A DNA stretch of 64,000 nucleotides from contig CP110439.1 of assembly GCA_026914245.1 (NCBI GenBank), positions 2,046,001 to 2,110,000 of the forward strand, read 5' to 3'. Positions 37,767 to 50,799 of this stretch are shown in pieces (within the stretch, counting starts at the first letter, position 1; each line of letters begins with the position of its first letter). The stretch comes from Puccinia triticina. Lineage: Eukaryota. Made by a program: the position numbers and the translations under genes. The notes beneath the pieces are model-generated. The model was given only the letters and a program-made list of their open reading frames with translations, was not told the DNA's origin and searched no databases.

Positions 37767-38620
37767 AGCCCTTCCCTCATCATCCTGCCCCTCTCCGATT
37801 CAGACATCTGCCCACGCATCGCCGATATGTCCATTGCATCTGGATCCGCTGTTGAGGTTGAGGGGATGGTGCTGGAGTCAAGCCCATTCAATTCGTTGTC
37901 GATTTTAAGAGCCATGTTGGAAACCGCCGCCAGGGTGTCAAACTGGGTGCGAGATAGTACTAGGGCTATGCGGACTTCCTTCTTCAGGCCCTGAGTGTAC
38001 AGGCCGACGAGGGTCCGTGGCTCCCATCCCGTGTCGTGAGCGTATAGCAGGAATTGATGTGTGTACTGGCTGACCGATTTTGTCTGTTTCAGAAGTTGTA
38101 ATGACCGTTTGGCTTTCGTTTGTTTTTCCGTGTCGTAAAACATAGCCTCAAACGCATCCGTGAACTCGCTGTAGGTGGCGGCTCGATTTTCGCAGATCTT
38201 GTGCATCCAAGGCTGAGCCCAACTGCTTGCTTGTCCCGTCAAATACGAAAGGGCGAATATGATTCGTGATCTGTCGTCCGGGAACGCTGCAACGTTTGCG
38301 AGGATGTAGAGGCTCACTTGGCTTGCGTAAACTTCGGCCTTGACGCCTTGTGAGCCGTCGTACTTGTCCGGTACTCCGATCTTCGGGGCACGGATAGGTT
38401 GTTGGGCTACCGCGACCAGTTGATTGTTGGCTGGGACCTGAGCGTCCTGTGGTGGTTGGGCGTTCTTGGCTTGCTGCCGGGCATTCTCGGCCGCTTGACG
38501 GGCATTCTCGGCTTCTTGTCTAGCGGCTTCGGCTTGTTGACGGAGGCCACGTTCTTCGTTGACGACGGCCATCAGGTCGGCCAGTTGTTGTTGTAATGCG
38601 GCGACGGCGGCGGCGTCCAT
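37589..38620 (-). CDS. Gypsy B gag with CCHC zinc knuckle, 343 aa
   Basis: PDKYDG, ALSYLTGQASSW, DAMDIS and CFRCGKQGHRAQEC. It overlaps pol in a different frame. Confidence 0.93.
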   Translation of the reverse strand: MDAAAVAALQQQLADLMAVVNEERGLRQQAEAARQEAENARQAAENARQQAKNAQPPQDAQVPANNQLVAVAQQPIRAPKIGVPDKYDGSQGVKAEVYASQVSLYILANVAAFPDDRSRIIFALSYLTGQASSWAQPWMHKICENRAATYSEFTDAFEAMFYDTEKQTKAKRSLQLLKQTKSVSQYTHQFLLYAHDTGWEPRTLVGLYTQGLKKEVRIALVLSRTQFDTLAAVSNMALKIDNELNGLDSSTIPSTSTADPDAMDISAMRGQMSESERGRMMREGLCFRCGKQGHRAQECPNKGKGKGAVRVAEMEELDQWRSGARRFKNGSVTEGSKKDGARD

Positions 38621-38964
38621 CTTGGTTACAGGTTTGGGTTGGGTTCTTCAGTTTGTGTCTGTTCGGTTTCTGGGTTCAGTTCGTTCTATTCGGATCCGAC
38701 GGATCAGCTTTTTCTGTTCGGTGTCTGGTTTTCGGTTCGATTGGTCCTTGTTCTCTTGAGGAGATCTAGCAATATGTTAAGGTCGAAGCTATAGAGAAGA
38801 AAGACCTAGTCCTGTCTTGTCTTGGCAAACTATGTAGATTGCTAGATGAGGAGAGTTTGGGGATCTCTCCTCCTCTCTCCCTTAGGATGGAGAGCTGTGA
38901 CATGTACTAACTACAACATGTCCCAGGCGTGACATAGCGTACGGCGCGCGTGCAGCTCATAACA

Positions 38965-40689
38965 GCGTCAAGTAGCGTCTCATTTCAATCCGTCGATTCC
39001 GAGTCAGACAACAAAATCAAGGACTCGCTTATCCCTTCATCCTCCTTGCCTTTCAAATCATCCTTTCCATCCGCTTCTCCCATCATCATGAGTCTTCTCG
39101 ACACTTCTAGTATTAAACTCGTCACCGACAAGCTGGACAAGGACAACTTCACTAGCTGGCGATGGGCAATCACCACCACCCTTGGATACAAGGGTCTCGA
39201 CGACTACATTCTTATCAAACAGACGGACGAAATGAAGAAGAAGCCTGAGTATCAGCAACTCAACAAAATGACGACCAATTTCATTCGAATGCACCTCTCC
39301 ACCGACAATCTGGAACGATTTGTCTCCGACGTGCGGGTATACGACGCCAAGAAACTGTGGGACGCCATCGAAGCACATTTCATGGCTAAAACCATGGAGA
39401 ACGCGGCCAGCGCCATGGACAAGTACTTCGACATCAGCTTCGACAAAGGCGATATGGACAAATCCATCACAGCACTCCGTCATGCTTACCGTAACTTGTG
39501 CGAAGTCGCCGCCGCCAAATTTGGCAAGAATGGCCTGACTGCCATGGCCATAGTGTTTGCACTCCGAAAACTCCCCTCATCTTTCGCCACTTTTCGCACC
39601 CTTCAGTTCAAGGAATTCAAAGAATTCAAGGAAGGAGACGTAATAGAGATGGAGCCTTTCCTTGGTGCGCTCGAAATGGAGGTTCGACGTCAGAGAGAGT
39701 CGTTGCCGCAAGTTCCCTCTTCCTCCACTGCCCTAGCTGTCTCTTCAAGTCACAACTCCTCTGATGCCCCCAAGAAGAAAAGCCGACGTAATCAGTGCCG
39801 GGACGGCAAACATCATCCAGACGCTCCTCACCCTGAGTCCGAGTGTTTTCAAGTACACTCGGACAAAGCGATTGCCTACTATCAAGCAGCAATCGACAAA
39901 CTCTCCGGTAAATCGTCCTCAAAAGCCAATCTCGGGTCGACTGGAGATCTCAGGGACGCGATTGTTTTGGACAGTGGAGCCTCAGGTCACTTTCTTAAGC
40001 ACAAAACCTACTTTGTTTCCTTCTCGCCGACCTCGTCCTCAGTGTTCGGAGCAAACGGTGCGGCCATACCAATCCTTGGTTTCGGCCCAGCGGTCATTCA
40101 AACTGCGACCGGGCCGCTAGAACTCAGTCTGGCGTACTATGCGCCCAATCTCTCCAATTCGCTGGTTTCCCTAACCCACTTCATTCGGTTAGGTTACTCT
40201 TTGATTCCTGCCTCAAACGGTCGCCGTTTCGAATGTCGAAAGGGGGCCGATCTTATATTCATGGGGTTGACAAAGGAGAATGTTCTCATCATCGATATGA
40301 ATCCGTTGAAAGCACTCAATCTCAGTTCGCTCACTCCACTCGACCTACATCGAGCTCTAGGTCATCCAAGCTTAGCCTATCTTAAGAAAGCCTACCCCAA
40401 TCTCGAACTAAAATCTCTCGAGTGTGACGTGTGCGACCTCGCAAAGATGCATCGACAACCGTTCGGTGGACGCTTCCCTACATTCAATGCTCCACTGGAT
40501 TGCATTCACATGGACCTCTGTGGTCCCATGACGCCTACATCTCGGGGAGGAAACAAGTATTTCCTGAAGATAATTGACGGTTTCACCAAGTACCGGTTTA
40601 TCTACCCCATGAGATGTAAGTCGGACACTTTCAATCTCTTCCGTGTCTTTCTCAACCAGGCTGAGACATTTTCCGGCCATAAATTAAAA
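38965..40689 (+). pseudogene. Copia C gag-protease-integrase, truncated by the Helitron
   Basis: KLDKDNFTSWR, VLDSGASGH, LHRALGH...CDVC, IHMDLCGP and IIDGFTKY. Similarity stops at GHKLK, exactly at the CTAG at 40690. Confidence 0.92.
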
Positions 40690-43600
40690 CTAGAGGCCAA
40701 AGCGGCTCCGCCGCCGCAAGCACCCCTTCCCGTGGAGAATTATGAAACCCACACGCCCCACGCCCAAATCCCTATACCCAGGCTCCTTGCCCCCGAGCCT
40801 CATCAAGGACAGCCGCCTGCCGCCACCGGCCAAGCGGTGCAAAACACAATCCCATTGAATCAATGACGCACCCCTGCCGCACGAAAGCGCTGGCACGCCA
40901 AACGCCCACCCCGTCACCAAAAATTGACAGGAGCCCAAATGGGCAGAGACGCAACCCACCACACCCAGGTTGAACCCACACCCCCCCCAAATCATGAAGT
41001 GGAGCTCCGCTCAAGCGCGGGGCAAGTCAATCGCTGAGCATTCGAAAAAGCCACGCCAAATATCAGTTAAATGCGCCAAACACACATCGGCCGCCGCCCC
41101 AACACCACCCACGCCGTGACAAACGACGCGGCCACATTACGGCCCAGACGAGCGCCACGAACCCACCCCAAACGGCCCCTCCCCCCGCCGAGCATCTCAC
41201 CACCTACCCGCGGCTCGAATTCATCCTAGAAGCCGACAACCTCATCAGCGCCCGCCCGACCTCACACGACTATTGCCGAGAAGAGCCCCGCTGCCGCTCA
41301 CTCGTACTTCCCCGAAATTCCTGCCACGACCGCCGGCCTGCTGCACAAGGAAAGACGCCAGCGCTCGACGTTCAGGAACTCGCCGATTTCGATTCGACAG
41401 ACCTTCAAAACGTTTACCCAGCTGCCGAGACATTCAAATTAGAACCCCGCTAACACTCGCACACCAAGGGCGACAAACGGCCAAATAAGCATATCCGCTA
41501 ACAAATAGACCCCATCACCCTCGCCCACGCAAAATATCCTCGGTGTGCCGCCAGCCGCCCCGCCCAGCAGCTTATCCAAATACTCGTACCCCTCAAGAAG
41601 ACGAGCCCTCCAGTAATCTCTAAGCATTGGCGCCCCGACGTCGGCAGAACCTGCGACACAGACAGCATCAACCACACCATTAGAGACTCCACATTGCGCC
41701 ACACCGCAGACGCACGCTCGAAATGGATCAATTCATCGGTGGGAACCGCAATATTCGTCAAGCCGTACTCCATCAGGCTCACCACGTCGGAATCATCACG
41801 ATCACCCGCGCCATAAAATAAGTTAGATTTGTCAACCTGATTCGCCAAGTGCTAGCCATCGTTCAGAAAAGCGGTCAGCACGTTTCCACCCAGACATTCT
41901 ACACGAGAACTCTCACCAGCATAATTGCGCCAGCTCCCGACACAGCAAAGGGCGCCGCCGACTTGTTTAAGTAATCCGCGTTGTTATCAATCAGCACTGG
42001 AACCTCGCCTGAATTAGTGAAATGTCAGGAGTCTGGCGGAGCACGGCTAAGCATCATACGCCACGACATGAAAGCATGTGACGAACCATTCGGGCTGAGG
42101 GCAAGGAATCCATTCGATCTTGCCACTCCGGTCCTGACATCCAAGACGAGATGGTCGATTCGTACGCGGTACCGCAGTCGCAGCTCCTCAACCATAATCT
42201 GGGCCGCTTGTCCGCTCGGTGTGTTCATTGTCAACAACCTCAAGGGCCTATCATGGTGAGTAGAGTCCGACATCGGGATTCTTTTCGCCAGTCGGTATTT
42301 AAATGAACTGCCACAAGCAAACACCCCAATCAAGTTATGCTAGTCGTCAGCCCCAACCAAGCTCGTTCCCGCATCGCCCGCCCAGGCGACCCCCGGCGAA
42401 ACACCCGGTGCCCAAAACTCCCCCCCCCCCGTCGACCGCAAATGTTGCTGACTACCACCGCAATGTAGCGGCTGTCCGCAAGGGGGAAGCCAGGCAACTC
42501 ACGACTGCACTCGACAAAACGTACGCTTTTCTTCCCACTGGTCAACTGTACCAGGGCCGCGATCAGTATCAAGTCCATAACAATGCCCGGGGATGTGATT
42601 TATCAATTGAGTCACAAAAGTAGCGTCAAGTTGGTTCACTTACCTGCCTAAACTACTATGTCCGGTCAGTGACTCGATTCGCGAATTGCGTCTTCAATGC
42701 ATCGCCAAGTCAACCCAATTCAAATCGTCAACTACAACTCTGCGGGAGGTAAGTAATAATTTGCCTAAGCGAGCCACCCGGCTCCGGTCGCTTCCCCTTG
42801 AATAGCCCTCAGTTGCTTTTCCCACCAGGTTACCTTCACGCTACTGATCAATCAAACGACCAGGCACCAGCAAATCGTCGGATTTACGGGCCGAACTATT
42901 TTGCCAGCCGCAGGATTCAAAAAGACAGGCCCTCTCCTACGGGTGCTCGTCGATAACATCATAACACGCATTACTTGACCAAGTCAAACAAAATGCGGTA
43001 AGAATAAGCGAGCCGGGACTACCACACTCAATCTATTCAGAGCGGTTGGTCAAATGTCGGATTCACTCACGCCTCGAGTAAGCACTAAATTATTCCGGAG
43101 GACGGCGCTCGCTCCACAGGACCCGGGAGAATACTTGTTCATTGAACTCGTCCCAGACAATTGATACTCACCGCCCACTTAAGACTCAGCAACACAAGCT
43201 GTTCACATTTGCATCAGCTAAACGAGCGCTGATGGACTGGTTCGGCTAAATTCGAGCTCCCAAGCCAGACCTCACCAAATAGGCTCACCAGGCAATAGGA
43301 CCAGACCATCAGTTCAACACGTCATATGCCTCCGTTCACGCGTCAGCCCCAAGCAAGTAGCCAATCCTATCAAAGGATATTTGTCTCAGGTCGGCCTGAC
43401 ACCAGTCCGGTTGTGCTTGACCGCCAATCCTAGCAAATAACCACCGGGCTCCCCAGCCGCGGCATTCAAATACCCCAAGAACCCAAGGCCTCAATGTAGC
43501 CCTCGCCCCCAATCCCAGAATTCCGCCGCGTCACATCGACTCAAGTCCCTTTTAAATTACCCCCTCAAGCCATTACATCTTTTCCTCGCCAGTAGCCATG

Positions 43601-43789
43601 CGTTATGTAACCGCCCCACCGCCAAACAGCGTACTCGTAAACCCAGAGGAAGGACCCCATTCAATTGCATTCGTCGGATCCGTGAGATTAACTAATCTTG
43701 TAAGCCACCACCAACCGCAGACCGGCCCAGCTGACAATGTGTCCTAGGTCAATTCCTTTACCGCTGACGGATCTCGTTACCACGAGTAC

Positions 43790-44240
43790 ACAATCAATAT
43801 CCGAGCCCATCGATCAATTCGAGCTACGTACCTTGGGATTCCTGGCCGGCAAGCCACCGACCCATTTACAATTATTGCCCCATGTGTATGTGGGCTTGGC
43901 CATGATTTGGTCAAAGGCAATGTCTACTCACTTCAGGGTGACGTCACGGTCAACTCCAATGGCGATCTTGTATATTGGGAATTCAACCCATTACTCGCAT
44001 CAGTAACCTACCCAGTCCTCTGCCCTTATTCTCACAACAGGTTGCTCGTCACCGTTCGCGGTGCCTTGATTGACATCCATGAATTTTGGGATGAACGCTT
44101 TTCAGTCGTTTCACATGTTCAACTCCATGTGAAGGTTTTCTTGACAGTAAGCCCGACCTCACAATTTCCACACAGACTCATATTTACAGTTCACCGCAGG
44201 GTGCTCCGTTTGCAGTTCCCGTTAGGGCCATGCTGAAGCC
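43790..44240 (+). CDS. Helitron-borne fragmented gene, beta-rich and possibly OB-fold-like
   Basis: FELRTLGF...LVKGNVYSLQG...LLVTVRGALIDI has similar spacing to the ORF at 53207-53575. Intron-like breaks are present. The fold is inferred only. Confidence 0.35.
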
Positions 44241-45332
44241 AATTGACTTACCCGAAAATCTTACCCGCGGATTCTACGTTGGTCAATCCGTTCAATTCCA
44301 AGGATATCTCGATTCAAGCAAGCCGCAAGACGGGCCGATATTTGTCAAGGTTTGATTCAACTCACTTCAACAATCCAACTTCAACGCAGCTGATTTCGAA
44401 TGATTTGTCAATTCTTCCAGGTAATTTGCCACAGAGAGATTCGAAAATCCCAGTAGTTCTCGCACCACTTTTCATACAACCGAAAACTTTTCCTTTCATG
44501 AGCTTTTGTTGTCGATTTCAAGGCAATCCCTCCAATTAATATCACGTTGTATACAATATCTACTCATAGCTATGCCCTCCCTCAATCTGCCATTGAGACC
44601 TCCTATTGTCAACGAACCCTCACAGAGTTGTATTCCTCTTCGCCTCTCGCAAAGTATTTGACAACCTACTCATAAAGAAAGATCCTTGTATCCTGTGAGA
44701 GCACTATTGTAATCAGGATTAGTGACGCACACAATAGCAATCAGGTCACTACGCCCCCATCTCAAATTCAATCTCAAACCCAAGGGTTCCCGTAAAGCCG
44801 TTTGACGCGACCGCGAAACAGGAGCACAGTCTTCCAACGCATCGCCTAGTGGAGTCTTTGGTCTATGATCCTCGCAGAAAATAATTATGTCACCCCCTTA
44901 TACCAACTGCCCAGCATATCATGATCAGGCGGCGCCCTGCCTATGATGATGTAACCTTGTGTTCCTTGCTTCCACCACAACATGTCATGCGCATGCGACA
45001 ATTATGGCCCATCGCTTCATACCCCAGCAAGGTTAGTCACATTAGCATCAACAGTCCGTTCATATATTCCCTGACCTGATTCAACGCCCGCCGGAGAGAC
45101 CGGAGAGCTCGACGCAATTACCATAAACTCGACCATAACTCCCTGACGCGATCAAAGACATTAGTTAGGTTCAGATTACACCGGTCTTCTTGCAAACCCC
45201 CAAGAAACGCTTCGCTGATAATTTGTCCGTCATCCTCATGTGTAGCTGATGACAAATTAGATAGCTCTCCCCGAGGATCTGTCCCGCAGAAGCCCAAAAC
45301 TAACACTCTTCAAAGGCGCCGCCGTCAACGTC

Positions 45333-45902
45333 GTGTATACAAACTTTCAAGAACTGCGCAATTGTTCTCGCCGCGACGCAGCTCTCTACATGGCCGAAAG
45401 GGCGCTATTCAGCTCGACACCAAAAACCATCAGGAAGCTGAACATGGTCATTGGCAAACGCCACCCCGCGAACAAAGTAACACTATCCGCAGTCGAGCTA
45501 CGTGATATTCCCGGCTTCGCCATGAGGACTACTCGTCCGGTTTCTTCGGTTACGTCGATGGATCGGCCGGACCTCCATATAACTCTGAAGATTGGCGCTC
45601 CAGTTCAATTGACCAAAGACCTCTGTTTAGCCGGGCACCAAAGTTCATTCAGCAATTTCACACGCGGGGCAAGGTTTGTTGTTCGGGGAGTCGATAATGA
45701 TCACCTTGCAGTAGTCTCTATTGCGAACGGAGGCATTCATTGCGAAGTTATGATCAAGAGAATCATGACTTTTTGTGTGGATCCCCGTCAACCGGCCAAT
45801 GTATTTCTGCACTACCAATTTCCCGTCGTCTTAGCCTACGCAAGCCAAATCGACTGGATTTCCACCAAACAGCTTCCCATCTCTACTACAGTAACTGTTT
45901 AG
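45333..45902 (+). CDS. Stand-alone PIF1-helicase 2B/C-terminal-like fragment
   Basis: ITLKIGAPVQLTKDL...RGARFVV...YQFPVVLAYA aligns by eye with RepHel ITLKNRMPVVITRNM...NGTRMFL...YQFPVTPAFA. It lacks Walker A/B and SQGQT. Confidence 0.65.
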   Translation: MYTNFQELRNCSRRDAALYMAERALFSSTPKTIRKLNMVIGKRHPANKVTLSAVELRDIPGFAMRTTRPVSSVTSMDRPDLHITLKIGAPVQLTKDLCLAGHQSSFSNFTRGARFVVRGVDNDHLAVVSIANGGIHCEVMIKRIMTFCVDPRQPANVFLHYQFPVVLAYASQIDWISTKQLPISTTVTV

Positions 45903-45930
45903 GGTTCGTGTTTAAAACCTTCTCTCCTAC

Positions 45931-47821
45931 CACCAGGAAAAATCAGTAGTCACTAGATGACAACTGACATGACACCTGCTCCAGCTGGCTATCCAGCCTC
46001 TAGTGCAATTTTCACGAGCTGATCCTCAGCTTTGTCCCAGGCACAGCTGCCTCCAGTCTTGGCACAGGACAAGCCACTGCTCAGCCTTTGCCTGAGCAAG
46101 AACGGGCATTGATAAATGCACACCTGTCCTCCGGGGGCACGCCCACGACCACGCCCTTCGAACAGGGCGTGTGGGACCGCGCACCCTTTATCAAGGGCGT
46201 GCACGCCCCCACATAGGCGTGCACAAGCGTGCACCGTGCCTGCTCGCCGAGAGCCCCTCGGTGGGCAGGCGCAAGTACATATACCTGCTCGCCGAGAGCC
46301 CCTCGGCGGGTATGGTGTATGTATCCCTGCTCGCCGACAAGGATAACTCTCGGCGAGCAGGTATACAAACACCTGCCCGCCGAGCCTGCTCACGGAGAGC
46401 CCCTCGGCGGGCAGGTGCATCTATACCTGCTCGCCGAGAGAAATCCTCGGCGAGCAGGCATACAGATCCCACCTCGCCGAGAGCCTCTCGGCGAGCAGGT
46501 ATACATATACCTGCCCACCAAGCCTGCTCACCAAGAGCCCCTCGGCGGGCAGGTGCATTTATACCTGCTCGCCGAGAGAAATCCTCGGCGAGCAGGCATA
46601 CATATCCCACCTCGCCAAGAGCCTCTCGGCGAGCAGGTATAGTTGAACCTGCCCGCCGAGGGGCTCTTGGCGAGAAGGTATACTTGAACCTGCCCGCCGA
46701 GGGGCTCTTGGCGAGCAGGCTCGGCGGGCAGGTGTTTGTATACCTGCTCGCCGAGAGTTATCCTTCTCGGCGAGCAGGCAAGGCTCTCGGCGAGCGGGGA
46801 TATGTATGCCTGCTCGCCGAGAGGTGTATGCCTGCTCGCCGAGGATTTCTCTCGGCGAGCAGGTATACATGCACCTGCCCGCCGAGCCTGCTCACCAAGA
46901 GCCTCTCCGCGGGCAGGTGCAAGTATACCTGCTCGCCGAGAGGCTCTTGGCGAGGTGGGATATGTATGCCTGCTCGCCGAGGATTTCTCTCGGCGAGCAG
47001 GTATAAATGCACCTGCCCGCCGAGGGGCTCTCGGTGAGCAGGCTCGGTGGGCAGGTGTATGTATACCTGCTCGCCGAGAGGCTCTCGGCGAGGTGGGATC
47101 TGTATGCCTGCTCGCCGAGGATTTCTCTGCGCGAGCAGGTATACATGCACCTGCCCGCCGAGGGGCTCTCGGTGAGCAGGCTCGGCGGGTAGGTGTTTGT
47201 ACACCTGCTCGCCGAGAGTTATCCTTCTCGGCGAGCAGGCAAGGCTCTCGGCGAGCAGGTGCATGTATACCTGCTCTCCGAGAGGCTCTCGGCGAGGTGG
47301 TATCTGTAACTGCCCGCCGAGGGGCTCTCGGCGAGCAGGTATACTTGCATCTGCCCGCCGAGGAGCTCCCGACGAGCCATGGTGCACGCCCGTGAACGCC
47401 CATGTGGGGGCGTGCACGCCCTCGCACGCCCATACAGGGGTGTGCATGCCCTTTCGCCCTTTATCAAGGGTGTGCGGTCCCACACGCCCTTTTCAAAGGG
47501 CGTGGGCGAGGGCTTGCCTCCGGGGGACGGGTGTGTGTCTATCAACACCCGTTCTTGCTCAGGCAAAGGCTGAGCAGTGGCTTGTCCTGTGCCAAGACTG
47601 AGGGGCAGCTGGGCCTGGGCCAAGGCTGAGCAGCAGCTTTGCCTGGGACAAAGCTGAGGAGCAGCTTGTGAAAATTGCAAGCTAGAGGCTTCAGCTGTGC
47701 CAAAATGGGCACTGAGCTGTGTGCCAGCCAGCCCTGAACTAGCAGATGGAGTAGCTTTGGAGCTGAAACCAGAGCTGTGTTATGTCAGTTGTCATCAACT
47801 GACTACTTTTTTTTCCTGGTG
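45931..47821. mobile_element. Non-autonomous CMC/EnSpm-like element (CACC termini), nearly fully palindromic
   Basis: TIR CACCAGGAAAAA...GTAGTCA..GATGACAACTGACAT at both ends, 3-bp TSD TAC (45928-45930, 47822-47824), and an interior of dozens of CCTGCTCGCCGAG / CTCGGCGAGCAGG units. Confidence 0.88.
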
Positions 47822-50799
47822 TACGCTGCCTTAACTGACACTTTATTTCCGATTTCATCTCAAGACTCTGCAATAGGGGTTAAACTTTTCATATTCTTTA
47901 TAAATTTACAAATTTCAGTAAAGCGCGGAAGGACAGCATATTATTTCGGTTTCGGTGAGCGAAAGTCCGCTGAGACACATGCAATAATTGAAACAACTCA
48001 GGTTATTTGCAATTAAATTGTCATTGTTATCTAGTATGATAGCGCCAACCTCCATACCCCCGCAAAACCGTGATTTAATGTCATCGTGTTTGAGGGCGAT
48101 TGAATTCGCCCAGATGAGGCCTAGGAGATGAAGATGCTAGTCAGCTCAATCAGAAAGCACCATCTGCGTTTGTAATCATTCGCACATCAATAATTATCGT
48201 TCCCATTCCTGCGTCGTCCCAATAAGGGTGCCAACAAACCAGGCCCGACCGCCAACAACCCGATGACCAATACCTGCCAGACTACACGCTTCAACCGAAA
48301 CTATGTCAATTCCATTGATAAAATTCTCCGGCTGCATAAACAATTAATCTCAAGTCAAAATTAACCCCCCTCATTCACTCATCTTCGTCTTTTGGTTCAT
48401 ACATGTTGAATCAGTGAGAGCGCCACGGCCCCGGCCATAGTCAATTGCAGTATTCGATTGAAACGTCCCAACTGCATTTATCGTTATCCCCCGTTGATGT
48501 TTGCCGATAAGCTTAGGTCTCTAGGAACCAACACTGTCCGGAAGCTTGGAGCTGAAGTGGTCTCCTATCATGGTTGCCATTAATTGAGCCGTCCAAGCTG
48601 TACGTGGAACCCACGGTTGATCGACTTGCTGGGAGATAGCGAGCTGGATTATTCACTCCGAGACTCTTCCACATCGGTGTTTCCTCCAGTTCAACGTGAA
48701 ACGCTGCTATAGGGTTATGTTCTGCTATTTCATGTACCGCAATTTACTCAGATGACTACAAACCCGTCAGCAAATCGGTCCAACACGTTAGTATGACATG
48801 AGTAATATAAACTGCCATTAGCAATGACTCACATCGTGATTAAAATCAAGATTCGCGCGAAATGTTATTCGGCCTTCAGCTGGCAATTGGTTCAACGTGA
48901 GAAGAAGAGCATCATTGACCCTCATTCGCCGGTAAGATGCCCTAGGCTCATTTTGTCTCGCTATACAAGTCGGTTAATGTGTTGATGAAGATTCCATGGA
49001 TCGTGATTGAGTTAGTTTTACTGGGTGAGGGGATTTGAGTTATTTGATTGCCAATTGACCGCCCTTATAACAACCGCTCGCCCCGCTTCCCGCGGACGCC
49101 ATCAACGATTTGTGGGTGGAAAGCTCAGTAAGCATAACCCCGGGCTCGTCAATTATTTTATCGCCTGGGACGGGTGCGCCGCAGAAGCCAAGCTCTGCCA
49201 GCCGTGTTTAGAACGACGACTAAACTAAGTCGTTCCGAACACGCTATCACGTTGAAATTACTTAGGTACACACACGTGTATATACTGCCGAGCGAGATTC
49301 CAATTCTTCGTAGCTTTCCTCCCCGGAGGAATCATGATTACCATTGGCATAGTCCACCCAACGCAGCCAGCCCAATTAGAACGCACAGGCTTAAACCTAG
49401 TCGACTACACGTTAACACTTGATCAACCGGCCCGCAGCCTTCGTAAGATGTGGAAATGTCCCACTGGCTTTTAGCCTGCTGTAAGGGTTTCACCAAGGCT
49501 CCACCCTTACATAAGCTGTGTTGTAATAGAAGCATTATTATCCATGCTTATACATAGTATTCCCGCTTTATATAGTTTTGATCCCATCTCTTCTCTTCTC
49601 CCCCAAGCTGGTCTTCCCCTTCTTCCTTCTTTCATCGGCCGATCTCAGAAATTCACATTCTTTTTATAGACTTCAGGCCTTTGGCCCTCCGTCCCTCCGT
49701 TCCTTCCAGTGAGGGTTCACAGAACCCTTACACTTTTTTTTTCTATAAAAAGTTTTTTTCAATCGCTTACTCTCCACGAAATTTCTCCTTGGACTCTTGG
49801 AATCTTCATTGGACTCAGGAGCATCACTGAACCCTTGGGCATTGGAAGTTTTTGTCATAATAGTCTCATCCTCCTTGGGCTCGGAGGCTCTTCAACATTG
49901 GAACAACCTCATCCTCGCTGGACTCGGAGGCCCTTCATTTTGGAACGGCCTCATCCTCGTTGGACTCGGAGGCTTCTCATCTTCGGAACAGCCTCACCCT
50001 TGCTGGACTCGGAGGCTTTTTTGCCATTCGAAACTTCATCCTCAAATACTCTTCAGTGTCGTCCCAGGCTTGCCCTTGCCCTCAACAATCAGTCCTTTTC
50101 CTTGTCAGCTCCAGAAACACCCTCAATCCTCGCTCTCTTGGACACTCGGTCTGCTCTCATCTCGTTTGATTGGACACTCGGTCCACGCCTTGGACACTCG
50201 ATCTGCTCGAAACTCGCTCGCTTGGACTTGGTCCACTCCAGACACTCGTTGCGACCTCTTCAGCCGGCTTTCGCGGCCAGAACCTCTCTGGGCTTTCTTT
50301 GCCGTCAGTCTCCGTGATCTTGACGGGACGGTTTGGAATGATCAGCGGCCCACTGTCCGACCTCGCCTCCTCCATCCTGTTCGCCCCCCAACTTTGACGA
50401 CACCCGACAGGCTCCAACCCGCCCAAGCACAGCCTCGATCTCCGGGAAACACTTCTGAGAACGCTCGGTCCCGCCGAACCCCCTCTGCTTCTCCATTCCG
50501 ATCTGAAGCACCTGGCCCAGCCTTCATTGGCTTGTGGTCACTTCCCCGAGCTCCCCGGCACCCTCGACATCCGCATCGACACACACACGACGCCCATCCT
50601 CGCATTCGACGCGCGCGCCAACAGCCCGCCGATCGTCGCCAACTTGCCTCGATCCCTTTCCGTCACCCGTCCTTTCTTCTTCGGAGGGGTCAATGGGGTC
50701 CCTCTGAGAAGAAAGGCGCCACACCCCGGACAACCCAAAAGCTACAGACGGTCCTCAACCCTCGCCCCCTTTTCTGGCCGCTTCCGCCCCCCTCCCACA

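Larger units (their letters stand above)
20018..38964 (-). mobile_element. Ty3/Gypsy chromovirus B, full length, with two nested insertions
   Basis: 190-bp LTRs at 20018-20207 and 38775-38964 (2 mismatches seen). 5-bp TSD GCGTC. PPT at 20208-20220. Domain order gag, PR, RT, RH, IN, chromodomain. Confidence 0.97.
19242..40689 (+). mobile_element. Ty1/Copia element C (5' part), interrupted by Gypsy B and cut by a Helitron
   Basis: 5' LTR ~19242-19827 (TG...CA, with internal tandem duplications), then the Copia-type PBS GGTTATGAGCCC at 19828. The frame is continuous across the Gypsy insertion (19914-20017 + 38970 onward). Confidence 0.85.

Noticed and set aside
40690..40866. Pro-rich C-terminal extension of the Copia C ORF as a fusion protein
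   Set aside because: It is read-through into the Helitron 3' end after the insertion point.
45989..47680. Many overlapping ORFs (PARR/LLAE/GEQV repeats) and a CRISPR-like look
   Set aside because: These are artefacts of a GC-rich palindromic repeat element. There are no unique spacers and no cas genes, and the context is eukaryotic.
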